From NCBI GenBank assembly GCA_951406725.2, contig OX597829.1, forward strand, positions 32,798,001 to 32,862,000: a DNA stretch of 64,000 bases, given 5' to 3'. Positions 1-14,139 of the stretch are shown here, in pieces. The translations under genes were made by a program, and so were the position numbers. The first letter of the stretch is position 1; each line of letters opens with the position of its first letter. Origin of the DNA: Octopus vulgaris. Its lineage: Eukaryota. The notes below the pieces were generated by a model that had not been told where the DNA came from, did no database searches, and saw only the letters and a list, made by a program, of their open reading frames with translations.

Positions 1-382
1 ACTTTCGGAATATACAGAATATATAAACATGTTTACTGCGCGTGTATGTATACGTGTGTGTATGTACGCATGCGTTAAAATCATTTTTTTAAAATTTCAA
101 TTCGATAGTAACAATCATTAATCATGCGTTATATTATATATGGGTAAATTAATATAATGAATAAAAGAAAGTAAAGGAAAATAAATTTTCTGTTCATGGA
201 ATAAAATAAAATAAAAGTGAAACAAAATGCATACCTATGTACATGCGTGTGTGCATATGCGCCTACGTACATGCATACAAGTACATGCGTATATGTATAT
301 ATATATACATACACACACACATGCGCACGCAATAAATATGTATGTCAATATGTATATCAACAATTACCTGTACTGGTATATA

Positions 383-580
383 CTCTTTTACTTGTTTCAG
401 TCATTTGACTGCCGCCATGCAGGAGCACCGCCTTTAATCGAGCTTATTCGGGACTTATTCTTTTGTAAGCCCAGTACTTATTCTATCGGTCTCTTTTGCC
501 GAACCGCTAAGTAACGGGGACATAAACACACCTGCATCGGTTGTCAAGCAACGCTAGGGGGACAAACACAGACACACACA

Positions 581-640
<60 letters not shown>

Positions 641-806
641 TATATACGACGGGCTTCTTTCAGTTTCCGTCTACCAAATCCACTCACAAGGCTTTGGTCG
701 ACCCGAGGCTATAAGTAGAAGACACCTGCCCAAGGTGCCACGCAATGGGACTGAACCCGGAACCATGTGGTTGGTAAACAAGCTACTTACCACACAGCCA
801 CTCCTG
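383..806 (-). mobile_element. tRNA-headed SINE (family A) with internal (CA)n/(TA)n
   Basis: Minus strand begins GGAGTGGCTGTGTGGTAAGTAGC (A-box) ...GGTTCAGTCCC (B-box) ...CCTTGGGCAGGTG; tail GACTGAAACAAGTAAAAGAG; related copies at 25405, 29527, 48843. Confidence 0.85.
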
Positions 807-1146
807 TTGCTTTCCTATTTATTTCTTTAGGTATATAGATTTTTTTTACATATGAACAGAAATAAAGTAAATATAAGATAAAAATGAAATAAAATAAGAA
901 TAAAATATAAAGAATATAAAAATAAAAATAAAAGATATAAATGAAAATAAAAGGAATATAAAACAGTAAGTATACATGGAATAAATGCATAGTAAATAAA
1001 GAAGAAATAAAATAAAACAAAGGAAAATGTACGAAAGTGAAATAAACTGAAATAAACCCATGTACACGTATGTATACGTGTGTGCTTATATATATATACA
1101 CACAATAATACACAAAGGCATCTAAATTTGCTTAATATATATATAT

Positions 1147-1406
1147 ATACAAACTGGGACAAGAACGCAAAACATTTGGAAGACGATACCAAAAACACGG
1201 ACGGGACATTCGAAGCTTTCAATCTTCAGTCAAGAATCGGATATATATATTTATAAGCGCACACGTATACATACGTGTACATCAAGATTAATCAGCCGAA
1301 ATTGCGAGGATGATCCGGTTCTTGACTGAAGATTGAAGGCTTCGAATGTCCTGTCCGTGTTTTTTTGAATCGTCTTCTAAATGTTTTGCGTTCTTGTCCC
1401 AGTTTG

Positions 1407-1409
<3 letters not shown>
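1147..1409. repeat. ~95-bp inverted repeat (PLE-like terminal stub) in (TA)n
   Basis: 1147-1242 is the reverse complement of 1313-1409 with a few mismatches; same family at 57765-57925. Confidence 0.85.
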
Positions 1410-1467
<58 letters not shown>

Positions 1468-1469
<2 letters not shown>

Positions 1470-1834
1470 GGGGGAAGCACTCGTCGGTTACGACGATGAG
1501 GGTTCCGGTTGATCCGAATCAACGGAACAGCCTGCTCGTGAAATTAACGTGTAAGTGGCTGAGCACTCCACAGACACTTGCACCCTTAACGTAGTTCTCG
1601 GGGATATTCGGCGTGACAGAGGGTAACACAGGTACAACAGAAATAGGAAGTAAGAGTGAGAGAAAGTTGTGGTGAAAGAGTACAGCAGGGATCACCACCA
1701 TCCCCTGCCGGAGCCTCGTGGAGCTTTTAGGTGTTTTCGCTCAATAAACACAAGGTATCTATAAACACTCACAACGAAACCGCGATCCTATGACCACGAG
1801 TCAGCTGCCCTAACCACTGGGCCATTGCGCCTCC
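1468..1834 (-). mobile_element. tRNA-headed SINE (family B)
   Basis: Minus strand starts GGAGGCGCAATGGCCCAGTGGTTAGGGCAGC...GGATCGCGGTTTCG (A/B-box-like); flanked by TA repeats. Confidence 0.75.
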
Positions 1835-1958
1835 ATACATATATATATTGGTTCTGGTGTTCGCTGAATTTTTCCTCTAGAGAACTTTCTTTGTAGTTTT
1901 GATCGTTGATGATCTATTTCTAGCATACGGCCGACTACCTAGCAGTCCTGCCCTGCCA

Positions 1959-2043
<85 letters not shown>

Positions 2044-2273
2044 GCAAATATAGATACCTTTGTGTATTATTGTGTGTGTGTGTGTGTATATATATACATA
2101 TAATACATAAGTTATTATATTGGTTCTCAAGTTCTCAAGTATGCATTCATTATAGTGAGAGGTTAATTAATTATTTATCATTTATACAAAAGTATGTTTA
2201 ATATTTATTCGAACATGTTTCTATGTTTATACACATGGATGCGTGTGCATGCGTATATATTATTTACGTATTA

Positions 2274-2362
<89 letters not shown>

Positions 2363-2374
2363 TATGCAATTTAC

Positions 2375-4580
2375 AGGTAACATCCAAGGAAATAATTACA
2401 AGATAGCTAAATGGAAATAATGATCACACTTGTGTGGGATTTGATTTCAGGATAAGTAAGTCATATTTAGGAGAAAATAGGAAAAATTGGAAAAGAAAAC
2501 AAACGCTCAGAATGTTTATTAAAACGTTTATATCTTCATATCTTCTACATATGTTTCGATGGATGCATTCAAAATACGTCCGACAGGAAGAATTATGATC
2601 AGCTATATATCAATCTCACCAGGAAAGATATAAAGAACAACACTCATCAAACACACATTCTTACAGGCATTATATCTCCTTTTCAATTTTTCTTATATAT
2701 ACATATATGTTCGTGCGTGTGTATATAGATATTTCGTTGTAAAGTTTTTTCATAAGATCTTAAGCTTATATGCATATTATTGAAAGATTATCAAAGTAAT
2801 TATGTTAATGATAATATTTATTACTAGATAATAGGATTATATATTTATACTAGATAATAGGAATATATATTTATACATTTAGATATATGTTGGGATGGTG
2901 TACTTGGCCTTACTCTATACATTTATGAATATTTCGTGGATTTATTTGGTGTATTACATCATCAAAATTGATTTCATTGATAGATATATGGTATTTTTCT
3001 CTACATTAAAATATATAGAGTTATACAGTTAATTAGTAGGGATCAGTAGTCAATTTTATTATTACCATTACGATTAAACTGATTATTAAGTATTGTATAA
3101 TGTAACATAATATGGTGTATGTTATTTATGATTATATTATGTTAGGTTTGTGAGTATAGTTATACTAAGTTATACTAAGTATACTTATTTTATTTTATAT
3201 CTTCCTAAAATTTATATTAAAATTAAAATTTATTATATTATTTGGTTAATTAATGAATGTCAATGTTCAATATTATTATTACTACTATTAAGTATATATT
3301 TAAATATTACATAACGTAATGTGATATATGCTATTTTTATTTTTGTTATTATTTATGCTAATATCCTTATATGATTAATATCCATGCTTGGATTAAAAGT
3401 AGTTATATTATCTGATAGAAAGTAAAGTTTCATGTTCTCTATTATAATTGAAATGATGCTATGGAATATGGAATATGATAAGCCATGGCATGCTTTACAA
3501 CTTCTCATTTAATTATATAATCTTTACCATTATCCTTTAACATCCATATAAATTTCTGAAACTAGTATTATTAGTTTTATGTCTATTTCTAAAACAACTT
3601 TCGTGGTTTGCGATTCGTCATTTAGCTTCAGTTTCGGTCGAACCTATGTAGTGGTATTCCTTCCCTTCAGATTTAACTATGCACGTACATACTAACTTAT
3701 CTTATTCACAATTATTTTTAAGTTTATAATCTCCTTTAATTCTACAATCACAATTCATATTAACGTTTTTGTTAATAGAGTTGTTTTCATTTTTATTATT
3801 TTTAGTATTAGAGTTAGGAAGGGAGTTAATATTGGCTATATGTTTTCTATTATTGTAATTTACCCTACTACAATTTTCATTAAAGTTACAGTTGTTATAA
3901 AAAGTATCCAGTCTTCTATTACTAATTGAAGATATAATTGCAAAAAGATTCTTTGATAGGGAAAGACCAACTCTCATAAATTTACAATTAATAATTACAC
4001 TATACTTATTATCTTTATTCAAATGTTTCTGTATTGATCGGTAAATGGATTTGACTATGTTATTTTTTATTTGACTTACAAAGTGGATGATGAACCACAA
4101 AGTGTTTGCTTTATTAGGATACTCATAGTGCACATTATTCTTCTCAGAATTTATGCAAGGAGTATATCTTACTTTACTATTTATATTGTCTATTATTATA
4201 AAAATGTTCAAGTATATCATTATCAATACTATTAATTTCCATTTTACTGGAATTTTTTTATTTTTGCTTTTTGTATTAGCATATTTAGTACCAAGTTTCA
4301 TGAGTTTATAATTAGTTTTGGTATTTATTTCTACTTTTATGCTATTATTTTTCCTGTTTTTAGAACTTTGGCCATTAATCCTGGGTTTATTGTCCTATCT
4401 ATACTTCATTTATTTTATTATCATTTATAGCTTACTTTTTCTATTATGTATTATATTTGAGTTATCTATAATTTTGCTTTCCCTATTTATATTAAGTATG
4501 CATTTCCTAGGTTTATGATATTTATTTTGTGCTTGTATCCTGCTCTTTTAAGTGCATCATTATAAGAGTTAGCATTTTTG
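2375..4580 (-). mobile_element. Penelope-like retroelement, 3' part (RT thumb, linker, Cys motif, GIY-YIG, terminal repeat), decayed
   Basis: Minus-strand peptides YNDALKRAGYKHKI (~4560), TLWFIIHFVSQIKNNIVKSIYRSIQKHL...RVGLSLSKNLFAIISS, CDCRIKG..C, and YHYIGSTETEAK*RIANHESCF (~3650). Confidence 0.8.
2538..2631 (-). ncRNA. Hammerhead ribozyme-like motif (type I, extended stem II, core CUGGUGA)
   Basis: Minus strand: ATATCTTTC-CTGGTGA-GATTGAT...ATCCATC-GAA-ACATATGT-A-GAAGATAT; palindromic stem III, GUA site; in PLE terminal region. Confidence 0.6.
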
Positions 4581-4589
4581 TAGATATTG

Positions 4590-5202
4590 GTAACTCGTTC
4601 AACTGCTCTCCACACATGATAATCAAGGGGTTTGCAGTCTGGGCAGTTAGGTAACCAGATGTTAAGAATAATGTGGTCGCAGAAATTGTCTGACAGCCAT
4701 AACTGGGTTCTCCTGCTTGTGTGGCATGGTGCAGAGTCCTGTTACCAAATATAGGGTCTTCCAGTAGCCACTCACTTGACCCAGGGCAACACTACCTCCT
4801 CCAGGCACTTGACGTAGGCCTCCGTGTTGAGTCTGAAACCGTCTGAGTGGATGAATGGAAGCATAATGTCGTCATCACTAGTGATCACTCCAAACACCAT
4901 GATGTTGACTGGATGTTTGATTTTTATCACTCTCAGTACATATTTTGTAGAAACGGCAAACCAACGGTTGTTCTGTGAGTTCACCATCTGTTTGTATTGG
5001 AGCTTCCGGTGCGAAAGTCAAGCAGTATAGCATGTCGTTCCCAAATTTCTAGCAGAGTGAATTGCGTCATGGTGCTGTTTTTCTCACAGACGTTGTCCAA
5101 CTGATCCTACTATACTGTGTAATCGACAGAATCAAAAGCAAACAATGCACATGCGCAAAAATAAGATTATAAAATGGTGACAATTTACCTATCGTATCCT
5201 GT
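4590..5202 (-). mobile_element. Tc1/mariner-superfamily DNA transposon remnant
   Basis: ORF 4772-4987 (HPVNIMVFGVITSD..PFI..RLNTEAYVKCLEEVVLPW) followed by QDSAPCHTSRRTQ and PNCPDCKPLDYHVW; TA-CAGG terminus at ~5202. Confidence 0.8.
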
Positions 5203-5257
5203 ATATGTTTAAATGAGATGTCAGTGTTCATTTTTGCGTAATTTAGACGACAATATA

Positions 5258-5756
<499 letters not shown>

Positions 5757-5970
5757 TGCGTGTGTGAGCGTGCTTGCGTCTTTGTGTTCGTCTCCGATTA
5801 ATTTTGTTTTCACAATTGCTGAAATAACACATCAACGCCTACATCTATCTTTGCTTGGCTTTTGTGCATGTGTGAGAGTTTCACTGATTCATTCTAATTC
5901 CGTACTCAATGGCAGCGCTTATGGTTAAAATGTTTTCAAGGAGATCATAAATATCACACGGGGAATTGTA

Positions 5971-6372
5971 TTACATATATACATACATACATACATACAT
6001 AATACATACATACATACATACATAATACATACATACATACATACATACATACATACATACATACATACATACATACATACATACATACATACATACATAC
6101 ATACATACATACATACATACATACATACATACATACATACATACATACACACATACATACATACATACATACATACATACATACATAATACATACATACA
6201 TACATGCATGCATGCATACATACATACATACATACATACATACATACATACATACATACATACATACATACATACATACATACATACATACATACATACA
6301 TACATACATACATACATACATACATACATACATACATACATACATACATACATACATGCATGCATACATACA
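5971..6372. repeat. (TACA)n microsatellite ~400 bp
   Basis: Direct reading. Confidence 0.95.
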
Positions 6373-6624
6373 TACTGACACAACGTATGTGTGCGTTCGT
6401 ATGTGATGTAGAAAGCATGATATAATTTATAATGTGTAATATAGAAAATTGCAATGATGGAGAATGGGTTATAATTATTGGGGAATGAAAATACAGCAAT
6501 ATTCCGGTTAATGCAACATATCTCCATATCTCCAGCTTTTATTATACGGGTGTGTATACACACTCTCACACATCTATTCGGTAATCAAGACATACGTACT
6601 CCACAGGGTACATCATTAGTCTTA

Positions 6625-6692
<68 letters not shown>

Positions 6693-6884
6693 AAAAAACA
6701 TACAAGCTTACATGTGTATGTAAATGTTTAAATATTTAATAAATACATGCTTCTCTTGGAATTGACACACAGGTATGCATGTTTGTTTTGTGTGTGTACA
6801 CAGGTGTACGCATGTGCGGGATGTCAGGGAGAGAGTTGGGTGAGGAGGGACCAGACTCCCAGATGGAATCTAGTAAACTGAACA

Positions 6885-7096
6885 GCTGTTATGTATGCGT
6901 AAGTACGTGTATGTGTATATGTATGAGTGAGTTGTTTGTATGTGTGTATGTATGTGCGTATGTGTGTCTATATATACACACACACATATATACATATATG
7001 TATGTATGCATGTATGTATGTATGTATACATGTATGTATGTATGTATGTATGTATGTATGTATATATGTGTGTATGTATGTAAATATGTATGTATG

Positions 7097-7127
<31 letters not shown>

Positions 7128-7255
7128 ATATGCAGGCATGCATGTATGTATGTATGTATGTAAGTATGTATGTATGTATGTATGTATGTATGTATGTATG
7201 TATGTATGTATGTATGTATGTATGTATGTATGTATGTATGCAAGTATGTATGTAT
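6885..7255. repeat. Degenerate (TATG)n microsatellite
   Basis: Direct reading. Confidence 0.9.
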
Positions 7256-7436
7256 ACAGACAATAGATGAGAGCTAGATATGCTCAGCATACAAAACACA
7301 GTAGTACTAAAATGGATTCGAACCTACAACTCCGAGTTTTTCATTCCAGGGCAAGGCTCTCGCCTCCAAGTGTGGCTTAAGGAGAAATCCAAAACGAGTT
7401 GATATGTGGGTAGTCATGCAGATAAAAGCAATTATG

Positions 7437-7543
<107 letters not shown>

Positions 7544-7582
7544 CATATATATATATATATATACGAGCTAATCTCATTTTAA

Positions 7583-7636
<54 letters not shown>

Positions 7637-7872
7637 GTGTGTGTGTATAGATACATATATCTACATATATTCATAGACGTACGCATATATGGATTCATAC
7701 ATACATATGCACGCAAGCACAAACACGCACATACGCACACGTGCACATACGCACACACACACACACACACACACGCATACTTATATTTACAGGGAACAAA
7801 TAATATAGAAAAATATGAAGAAAATATGTAATTTCTTAACTCAACAGCTGTTTCAGGACGCTCAGAATTACG

Positions 7873-7939
7873 TAATAATAATAACAACAACCACAACAAC
7901 AGCAACAACAACAACAACAATAACAATAATAATAATAAC

Positions 7940-8020
<81 letters not shown>

Positions 8021-8052
8021 GACAACAACAACAATCATAATAATAACAACAA
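7873..8052. repeat. (AAC)n/(AAT)n microsatellite
   Basis: Direct reading. Confidence 0.95.
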
Positions 8053-8309
8053 TATTTTGCAGGTGAAATATGCAAATAAGTCACTGGTATGTCACTGGTG
8101 ACCAGTCACATGACGATATTATAAAAGCCTGCTCTCATTGTGCTGCGAAACTATTATTAAAGGCATTCTTCTCTTGACTAACCCATTTTGATTTTAATTT
8201 TCATTTTATTTTACTTATTGTATAAGTCATCTTTTAAGACGCGCTAGGGTGTAATTTGAGGGAAATTTTCTTGCTACTTCTAACAGCTAGAGTGACTGCG
8301 CTGCCTTGT

Positions 8310-8346
<37 letters not shown>

Positions 8347-8705
8347 GTTAATCTCTTTCATTTGATGCTCTTTGGCAAATGAAAGAAAAATCATTATTAT
8401 TATTACAAATAATTTGGCAAATTAAATTTAAATGTTGAAGTGAATCTAATGGTTTTTTGTGTGTTTCTTAAATGGCTTATAAACATCTTCCATGCTGCAA
8501 TTGTTTTCGTTCCAGCACACTATCTCTGATCAAGTCACTTGCTATGCAAGTACATCTCCGTAATTATTATTATTATTGTTGTAGCTTTATTCCAATTCTG
8601 GTTAAGAAAGGCTAAGAATAAAAACGTTTAAGCCGCGACCCATACTGTTTTGTAGTGAATCGGACACTGAACATTTGGGACGGCATAGTCCAGAGTACAT
8701 TTATT

Positions 8706-8930
8706 CAGGGGTGGGCAGACTTTTTTGATCGCGGGCCGCACAGTGCGTCTTTGGAACCTTGGCGGGCCTCATTTATAAAAATCAAGTGAAAATATTTTTA
8801 AAGGCGGTTATAGACCTATAAACACACAATTGATTGAAAGGAAATTTTGTGAAATATTCCTCTCGGCGGGCCGCATGAAAACCTATGGCGGGCCGCATGC
8901 GGCCCGCGGGCCGTAGTTTGCCCACCCCTA
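8706..8930. mobile_element. hAT-type MITE (~225 bp)
   Basis: TIRs CAGGGGTGGGCA / TGCCCACCCCT(A); subterminal GCGGGCCGCA repeats; TSD degenerate. Confidence 0.85.
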
Positions 8931-9262
8931 TTTCTTGTGGTTAGTGTTGCTTTTGTTGTTATTGAACAATGAAGTGATAAATGAAAAAAAAAAGAAAACA
9001 TAAAGGGACGGCTACAACTGAAACATCTTTCGTCATAATTCTGCACAATTGTAGCAGACATGAAGCCAAAGCATCAATAAAACCCTGGTCGTATTTGGTT
9101 TGCAAAGGCTTGGAAAAGCGCAAACGATGCTTGTTTTCGTTGTTGTTGGTGTTGTTGCTACTGCTGTTGCTGTTGCTTCTGATGCCGCTATTTTTTAATT
9201 CATCGTCAAGGAAACCTATAACCCGAGTCATACAAGCCATCTTCAAGTATACTCAGACATGT

Positions 9263-9296
<34 letters not shown>

Positions 9297-9437
9297 TGCA
9301 TGAGAGAGAGAGAGAAAGAGTGAGAGAGAGAATTTTGAGAGAAAAGCTGTTCCTCATACATGTGAAGTTATGTATGTGTATATATATATATATATATATA
9401 TGCATGTATGTATGTATGTATATATGTATGTATGTAT

Positions 9438-9478
<41 letters not shown>

Positions 9479-10479
9479 CTTTTACATATACATTAATTCT
9501 TCTACATACTCGCACACGCACGCGCGCTCGTATACACAAACACACTCACACACACACACATACACACTTCTGAACTCTGTTTTCTAGCCATGTTAACCAT
9601 GTTAGTTAAAACAAATTAAAAGACTAACAACATATATGCATTAAATATACACAATATACATACTTACTTCTTCATATATATCGCGTTCCACTGTGCTAAT
9701 TTACCTGAAGACTTAATCCACAGAGCATTCATTCATTCAATGACAAACTTTCTATTTCTTCGACTGCTATAATCTGTTGGTTTTCCGGTATTGCCAAAAT
9801 TTCGAAAAGCAAATTTTAAAAAACCAAAAAAAAAAAATGTAAATCCCCAAAAGAGAGTAAGTAGAATTAAAGTCAATAGAAGAAAAAATGCAAACTTGTG
9901 ATTAAATTAACTTTAAAAACTAAGATCTCTTCTACTTCCTATGAAAACAGGTTTGAACGTGTGCTGAGTAGCATATCTCGAATCTGTAATTAGCTTCTGA
10001 TAAGAGCGGCATCTATTTGGTAATGTTTAAATCAAATCTCTAAGGCGTTGGATTAAGTCTGTAAATTTTCAGAGCGATTAAATACGTTAAGCTGAATAAG
10101 TTAATCAGCCCTGACACTAACTCTTCCTGCCAACCTTCAAGAAATTCCGCCTCTTTCTTTATCAATTTAGTTAGTAGATTTTTATCTATCATGTCTCTTG
10201 TTTACTTCCTGTCAGATTTCGTTTCCTTTCATTCCTGTCTTTCGCTATTTCATTCTTGTAGTCTAACTTGCCATTGTCCTCGTACATTTTTATGCTTATA
10301 ATTACGAATAAACCGAATATTTTGCCTCCATTGTATGAATGTTAATCGATCGTGTATGCAATTTTAACTTTGAACCGTCACAAACTGCGTGTTGGACTTG
10401 TTTTGCCTCCACTTCATTGTGCCACGACCACATAACTTAAAGACTGACCAATCAATAACTGGTCCCATTTATTTCAATT

Positions 10480-10739
10480 TACCCATGTTTATACAGGTGA
10501 ATTATTCAAAACCCTAAGAATCCCTCTCAACACATGGCTACGATGCTCCACCAATACTCCTGCTCGTGATCAGAGATGCACATATGGTCAGCCACCAAGG
10601 GGTGTGCTCAACTGGTTAAGGTCACGTAACTGACAAGCAAATCTGTAGTACTGAGCAAAATATTTGCTGTAGCCCATCTTTTATGCAAAGATAAATGATA
10701 TACATGATAACATTCCAATCAGCCAAGATCAGAAGCCAT

Positions 10740-10740
<1 letters not shown>
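10480..10740 (-). mobile_element. Fragment of non-coding retroposon family X
   Basis: Homologous to 61163-61498 and 62033-63000; abuts (AGT)n. Confidence 0.8.
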
Positions 10741-10804
<64 letters not shown>

Positions 10805-10817
10805 TCATCATTATTAT

Positions 10818-11482
10818 AGACGTCGCACAGTATACAATATCGTGAGGTTGTTGATTGAAGATATTGTATCTACTGGGGGGGTTGCACTGCTTGTCAAGTC
10901 AAAACAAGGACCTCAGACTGACAGTACTTTACGCAATATGCGTGCAGTTCCAAGTAATGCCGACTTCTGCAATACATCTTGATTGTAGGGTATTTCTGAG
11001 GTTTTCAGATGTTTTTTTCAGATTGGGTGATATTGAACCCAATGCGCCGATGACAACAGGGATAACTTTTATGTTCGACTCTCGTTGCTGCCTCATCTTA
11101 GCGATCTCAGTTCTCAGATCTCCATATTTATTCACCTTTTCTCTTTCTTTCATGATGATATGTTGATCTCCTGGCACTGCCGCGTTGATTATTAGGCGCT
11201 CTTGTTTGTCCCTCCTAAAGGTTACTATATCCGGCCTTCTGTGCTCTAACATTTTGTCTGTCTGGAAATCAAAGTTCCAGGAGATTTTTGCTTTCCCCTT
11301 TTCGTTAAATTACCTTTTCTGGTGTATGTTGGTACCAAGCACCCATAACCTCATATCCATACTTACGGCATAGTAGCCAGTGGAGGTTTGGGGGCACTTT
11401 GTCGTGTCTGCGCTTGTATTCTTTCTGCGCAAAACTTTCACAAGCACTAACAATGTGAGCCACACTTTTGACCCTCTTCCAG
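10818..11482 (-). mobile_element. Dong/R4-like non-LTR retrotransposon 3' end (Zn-knuckle remnant + RLE endonuclease)
   Basis: ORF 10929-11252 HRRPDIV..INAAVPGD..EREKVNKYGDL..IPVVIGALGSI; upstream VAHIVSACESFAQKEYKRRHDKV; 3' end abuts trinucleotide repeat. Confidence 0.9.
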
Positions 11483-12972
11483 TGCTGTTAGTAGGGTTGT
11501 GGTGACACAGCTGAAGAAGGATGCCGACAGTGGAGACATACTAAGGAATTTTCAGCCCAAAACTCTGCTAAACACAGAGTTTAAGATTTTTGCCAAGCTA
11601 TTAGCAAAAAGGTTTGCGCTTGTCATTGGTAGTGTAGTAGGGAAGCACAAACGTGCGCAATTCCTAATAGGTCTATCCACGACAACCTCCACCTTATGAG
11701 GAGGGCTGGGACAAAAGCTGACTTCGGTGGGGATCAATTTGGATCAATCAAAAGTATTCGATAGGGTCTACCATCGCTACTTGGAAGCCGTCCTTAAAGC
11801 GGCCAGTTTCAGATCCGTTTTCAGAGACTGGATCTTGCAATGCACAGCGGCACCTGCTCAGTGATCAAAATAAATGGCCATCTATCGGAACCGTTTAGCA
11901 TAGCACACTCGGTCTGTCAGGACTGCCCGATGTCACCTCTTCTGTACGTGCTGGCTCTCAAGCTACTGCTATAGAAGTTGGAACAATTGAGGGGCATCCC
12001 TTTCGAACTGGGACTCGGAAGAGCAGTGTCTACATCGGCGGATGACGTCACCGTCATGGTGTCGGACCCCTCCCAAGAGGAGACGGTCGGTTCCATTCTA
12101 AAAGAATATGAGTCGATTGCAGAGGCTAAAACTAATGCCGAGATGCCAGTGGACTTATGGCTGGGCACCTGGGAAGACACGTCGGTGCCGTCAGACGGCG
12201 TCGTCGGACGCCGAACTGACGGTCCAGCTAAACTGCTTGGGGTTTGATTTGGTTTCGACCTCCAAATGGATAAGAACTGGAATGAGTGACGAACAGTGTG
12301 GTCAGTCTAACCCAGAAATGGTCTGAGAGGGAGCTGTCCTTGAAAGGTCGGGCAGAGGTGGCGAATGCCTACTTCACCTCCGTTATCATTTATCGTATGA
12401 CCGTTGAGCCTTGCCCAGTCATTGCTTGATCAAGTTGGAACGTCTCTTGTTCATGTTTTTGTGGAAGGGACGCGCGTTCCAATGGTCAGGCGGTCAATCT
12501 TCTGTCAGCTCCCTCTGAGGCTTAGGCATGCCATGGCTTTTGATGCGCAGACATGCGCTTAGATTGCGCCATCTGCAACGATTTCTTGAAGGAGAATGTG
12601 TGGGCACGTATTTCCGTTTGTGAGGCTCGCATTTCTGCAATTCGTCTCTTTGACGGAGCTGCAGTTCTGGGTGAAGGATAGACCAAGACTGGGCGCCTGA
12701 CATTTAGAATGTCGTCAGGCGCCCACTGTCCTCTACCAGCCGGGAAATAGGATAGGTAGATATTCCACTTTAGCTATTTATAGAGGAATAGTGACGGGAA
12801 AGTGCGACGACGTCCTAATGGGAGATCCTGAGCGTTGACGAAGATTAACTGACTAGTCTGTTCCGGAGGACTCTCCGGTCGGAGACTATTATGGATAATT
12901 TCCAGATGTCTTTGGCCTGGCAGTGCTACCGGATGCGCTACCGGTTAGAGATAAACTCTACAGGCACGGATA
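11483..12972 (+). mobile_element. L1/Tx1-clade LINE ORF2 (RT) remnant, frameshifted
   Basis: LKKD..NFQPKTLLNTEFKIFAKLLAKR, LDQSKVFDRV, SVCQDCPMSPLLYVLAL, ADDVTV, LSLKGRAEVAN motifs. Confidence 0.85.
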
Positions 12973-13111
12973 TGTGCGCGCGCGTGTGTGTGTGTGTACG
13001 CTAGTTTGTTTATATTTCTATACGTAACCATAAAATGTTCAAAATTACACAAGATTACATTAATGGCTTACACACAGAGACTTATTTTTTTCTACAAACG
13101 TCTACGCGTTG

Positions 13112-13157
<46 letters not shown>

Positions 13158-13426
13158 CTTCACTCTGTCTCTGTCTCTCTCTTTCTTTCTCTCTCTCTCT
13201 CTTTACTGCTTGAAATGGAAAAAAAGATCTTGAGGACAAATTTCACCGCCTTGGCAAAATTCTTCATTCATAAATATTTACAAACATCATTGTATCGGTA
13301 AATATTTGTAAATATTTATAATTATCTTCCTTTTATATTTAGCTTTCTATAAACAGACAATATTACCAAGCTTTCTTTCAATAGACAATATTTTAATTTT
13401 ATGACGTACATACATATGATTTTATG

Positions 13427-13557
13427 ACATACATACATACGTACGTACGTACATACATACATACATACATACATACATACATACATACATACATACATAC
13501 ATACATACATACATACATACATACATACATACATACATACATACATACATACATACA
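13427..13557. repeat. (TACA)n microsatellite
   Basis: Direct reading. Confidence 0.95.
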
Positions 13558-14139
13558 TGATCTAAAGAATTATGAGTACTTCTAAAAATGTTCACTAAGT
13601 TCACATGTCATTATGAATGAGAAATCTTAACTTTTTGGACTTTCGTTATCCTTTGACTGAGCGATAAGATAAAGAGGAAGTGATAGCAATAAAACTTGCA
13701 CGTGTTAACAAGAAGCAAGACATTTAGGACTGTGCCGAGCAACGGATTTAGAGTGTAAGTACATAGGATGTGGAAGTGAAATCCAACAAGATCATTTATG
13801 AAGAGTGATTAGAATATGAATATACCTTACAACAGGATTGTCGCAGCCAAATTGCGAGATTCACAGCCCACCTAAATAAAGTATGGTACCCACAGCATAC
13901 TTAAGTGAAATGAGAGCAATGTATTAGGTGATACAACTAACTGATAGCTTTGATGAAAAAAAGAAGGATAGATATAGAATTTGATCACTTGATTACGTAA
14001 ATATAAATACAATTCTGTTTCAAAGTTTTTGGAGATGATCTGAAAGTTTAAGCCAGATACAAAAGTAATTGGATCTATTGAACCTACATTATGCCGACAT
14101 AGTAGTGTAGTAAACTACTATGTCGATTTGTAACTACGT

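Noticed and set aside
1320-1350. CTGAAGA...CGAA as a hammerhead (also 57801-57822)
   Set aside because: No proper stem II closure, no GAAA and no stem III/cleavage triplet
3702-4301. 199-aa Asn-rich ORF as a novel host protein
   Set aside because: It matches the PLE RT-to-endonuclease linker and is flanked by decayed RT and GIY-YIG sequence
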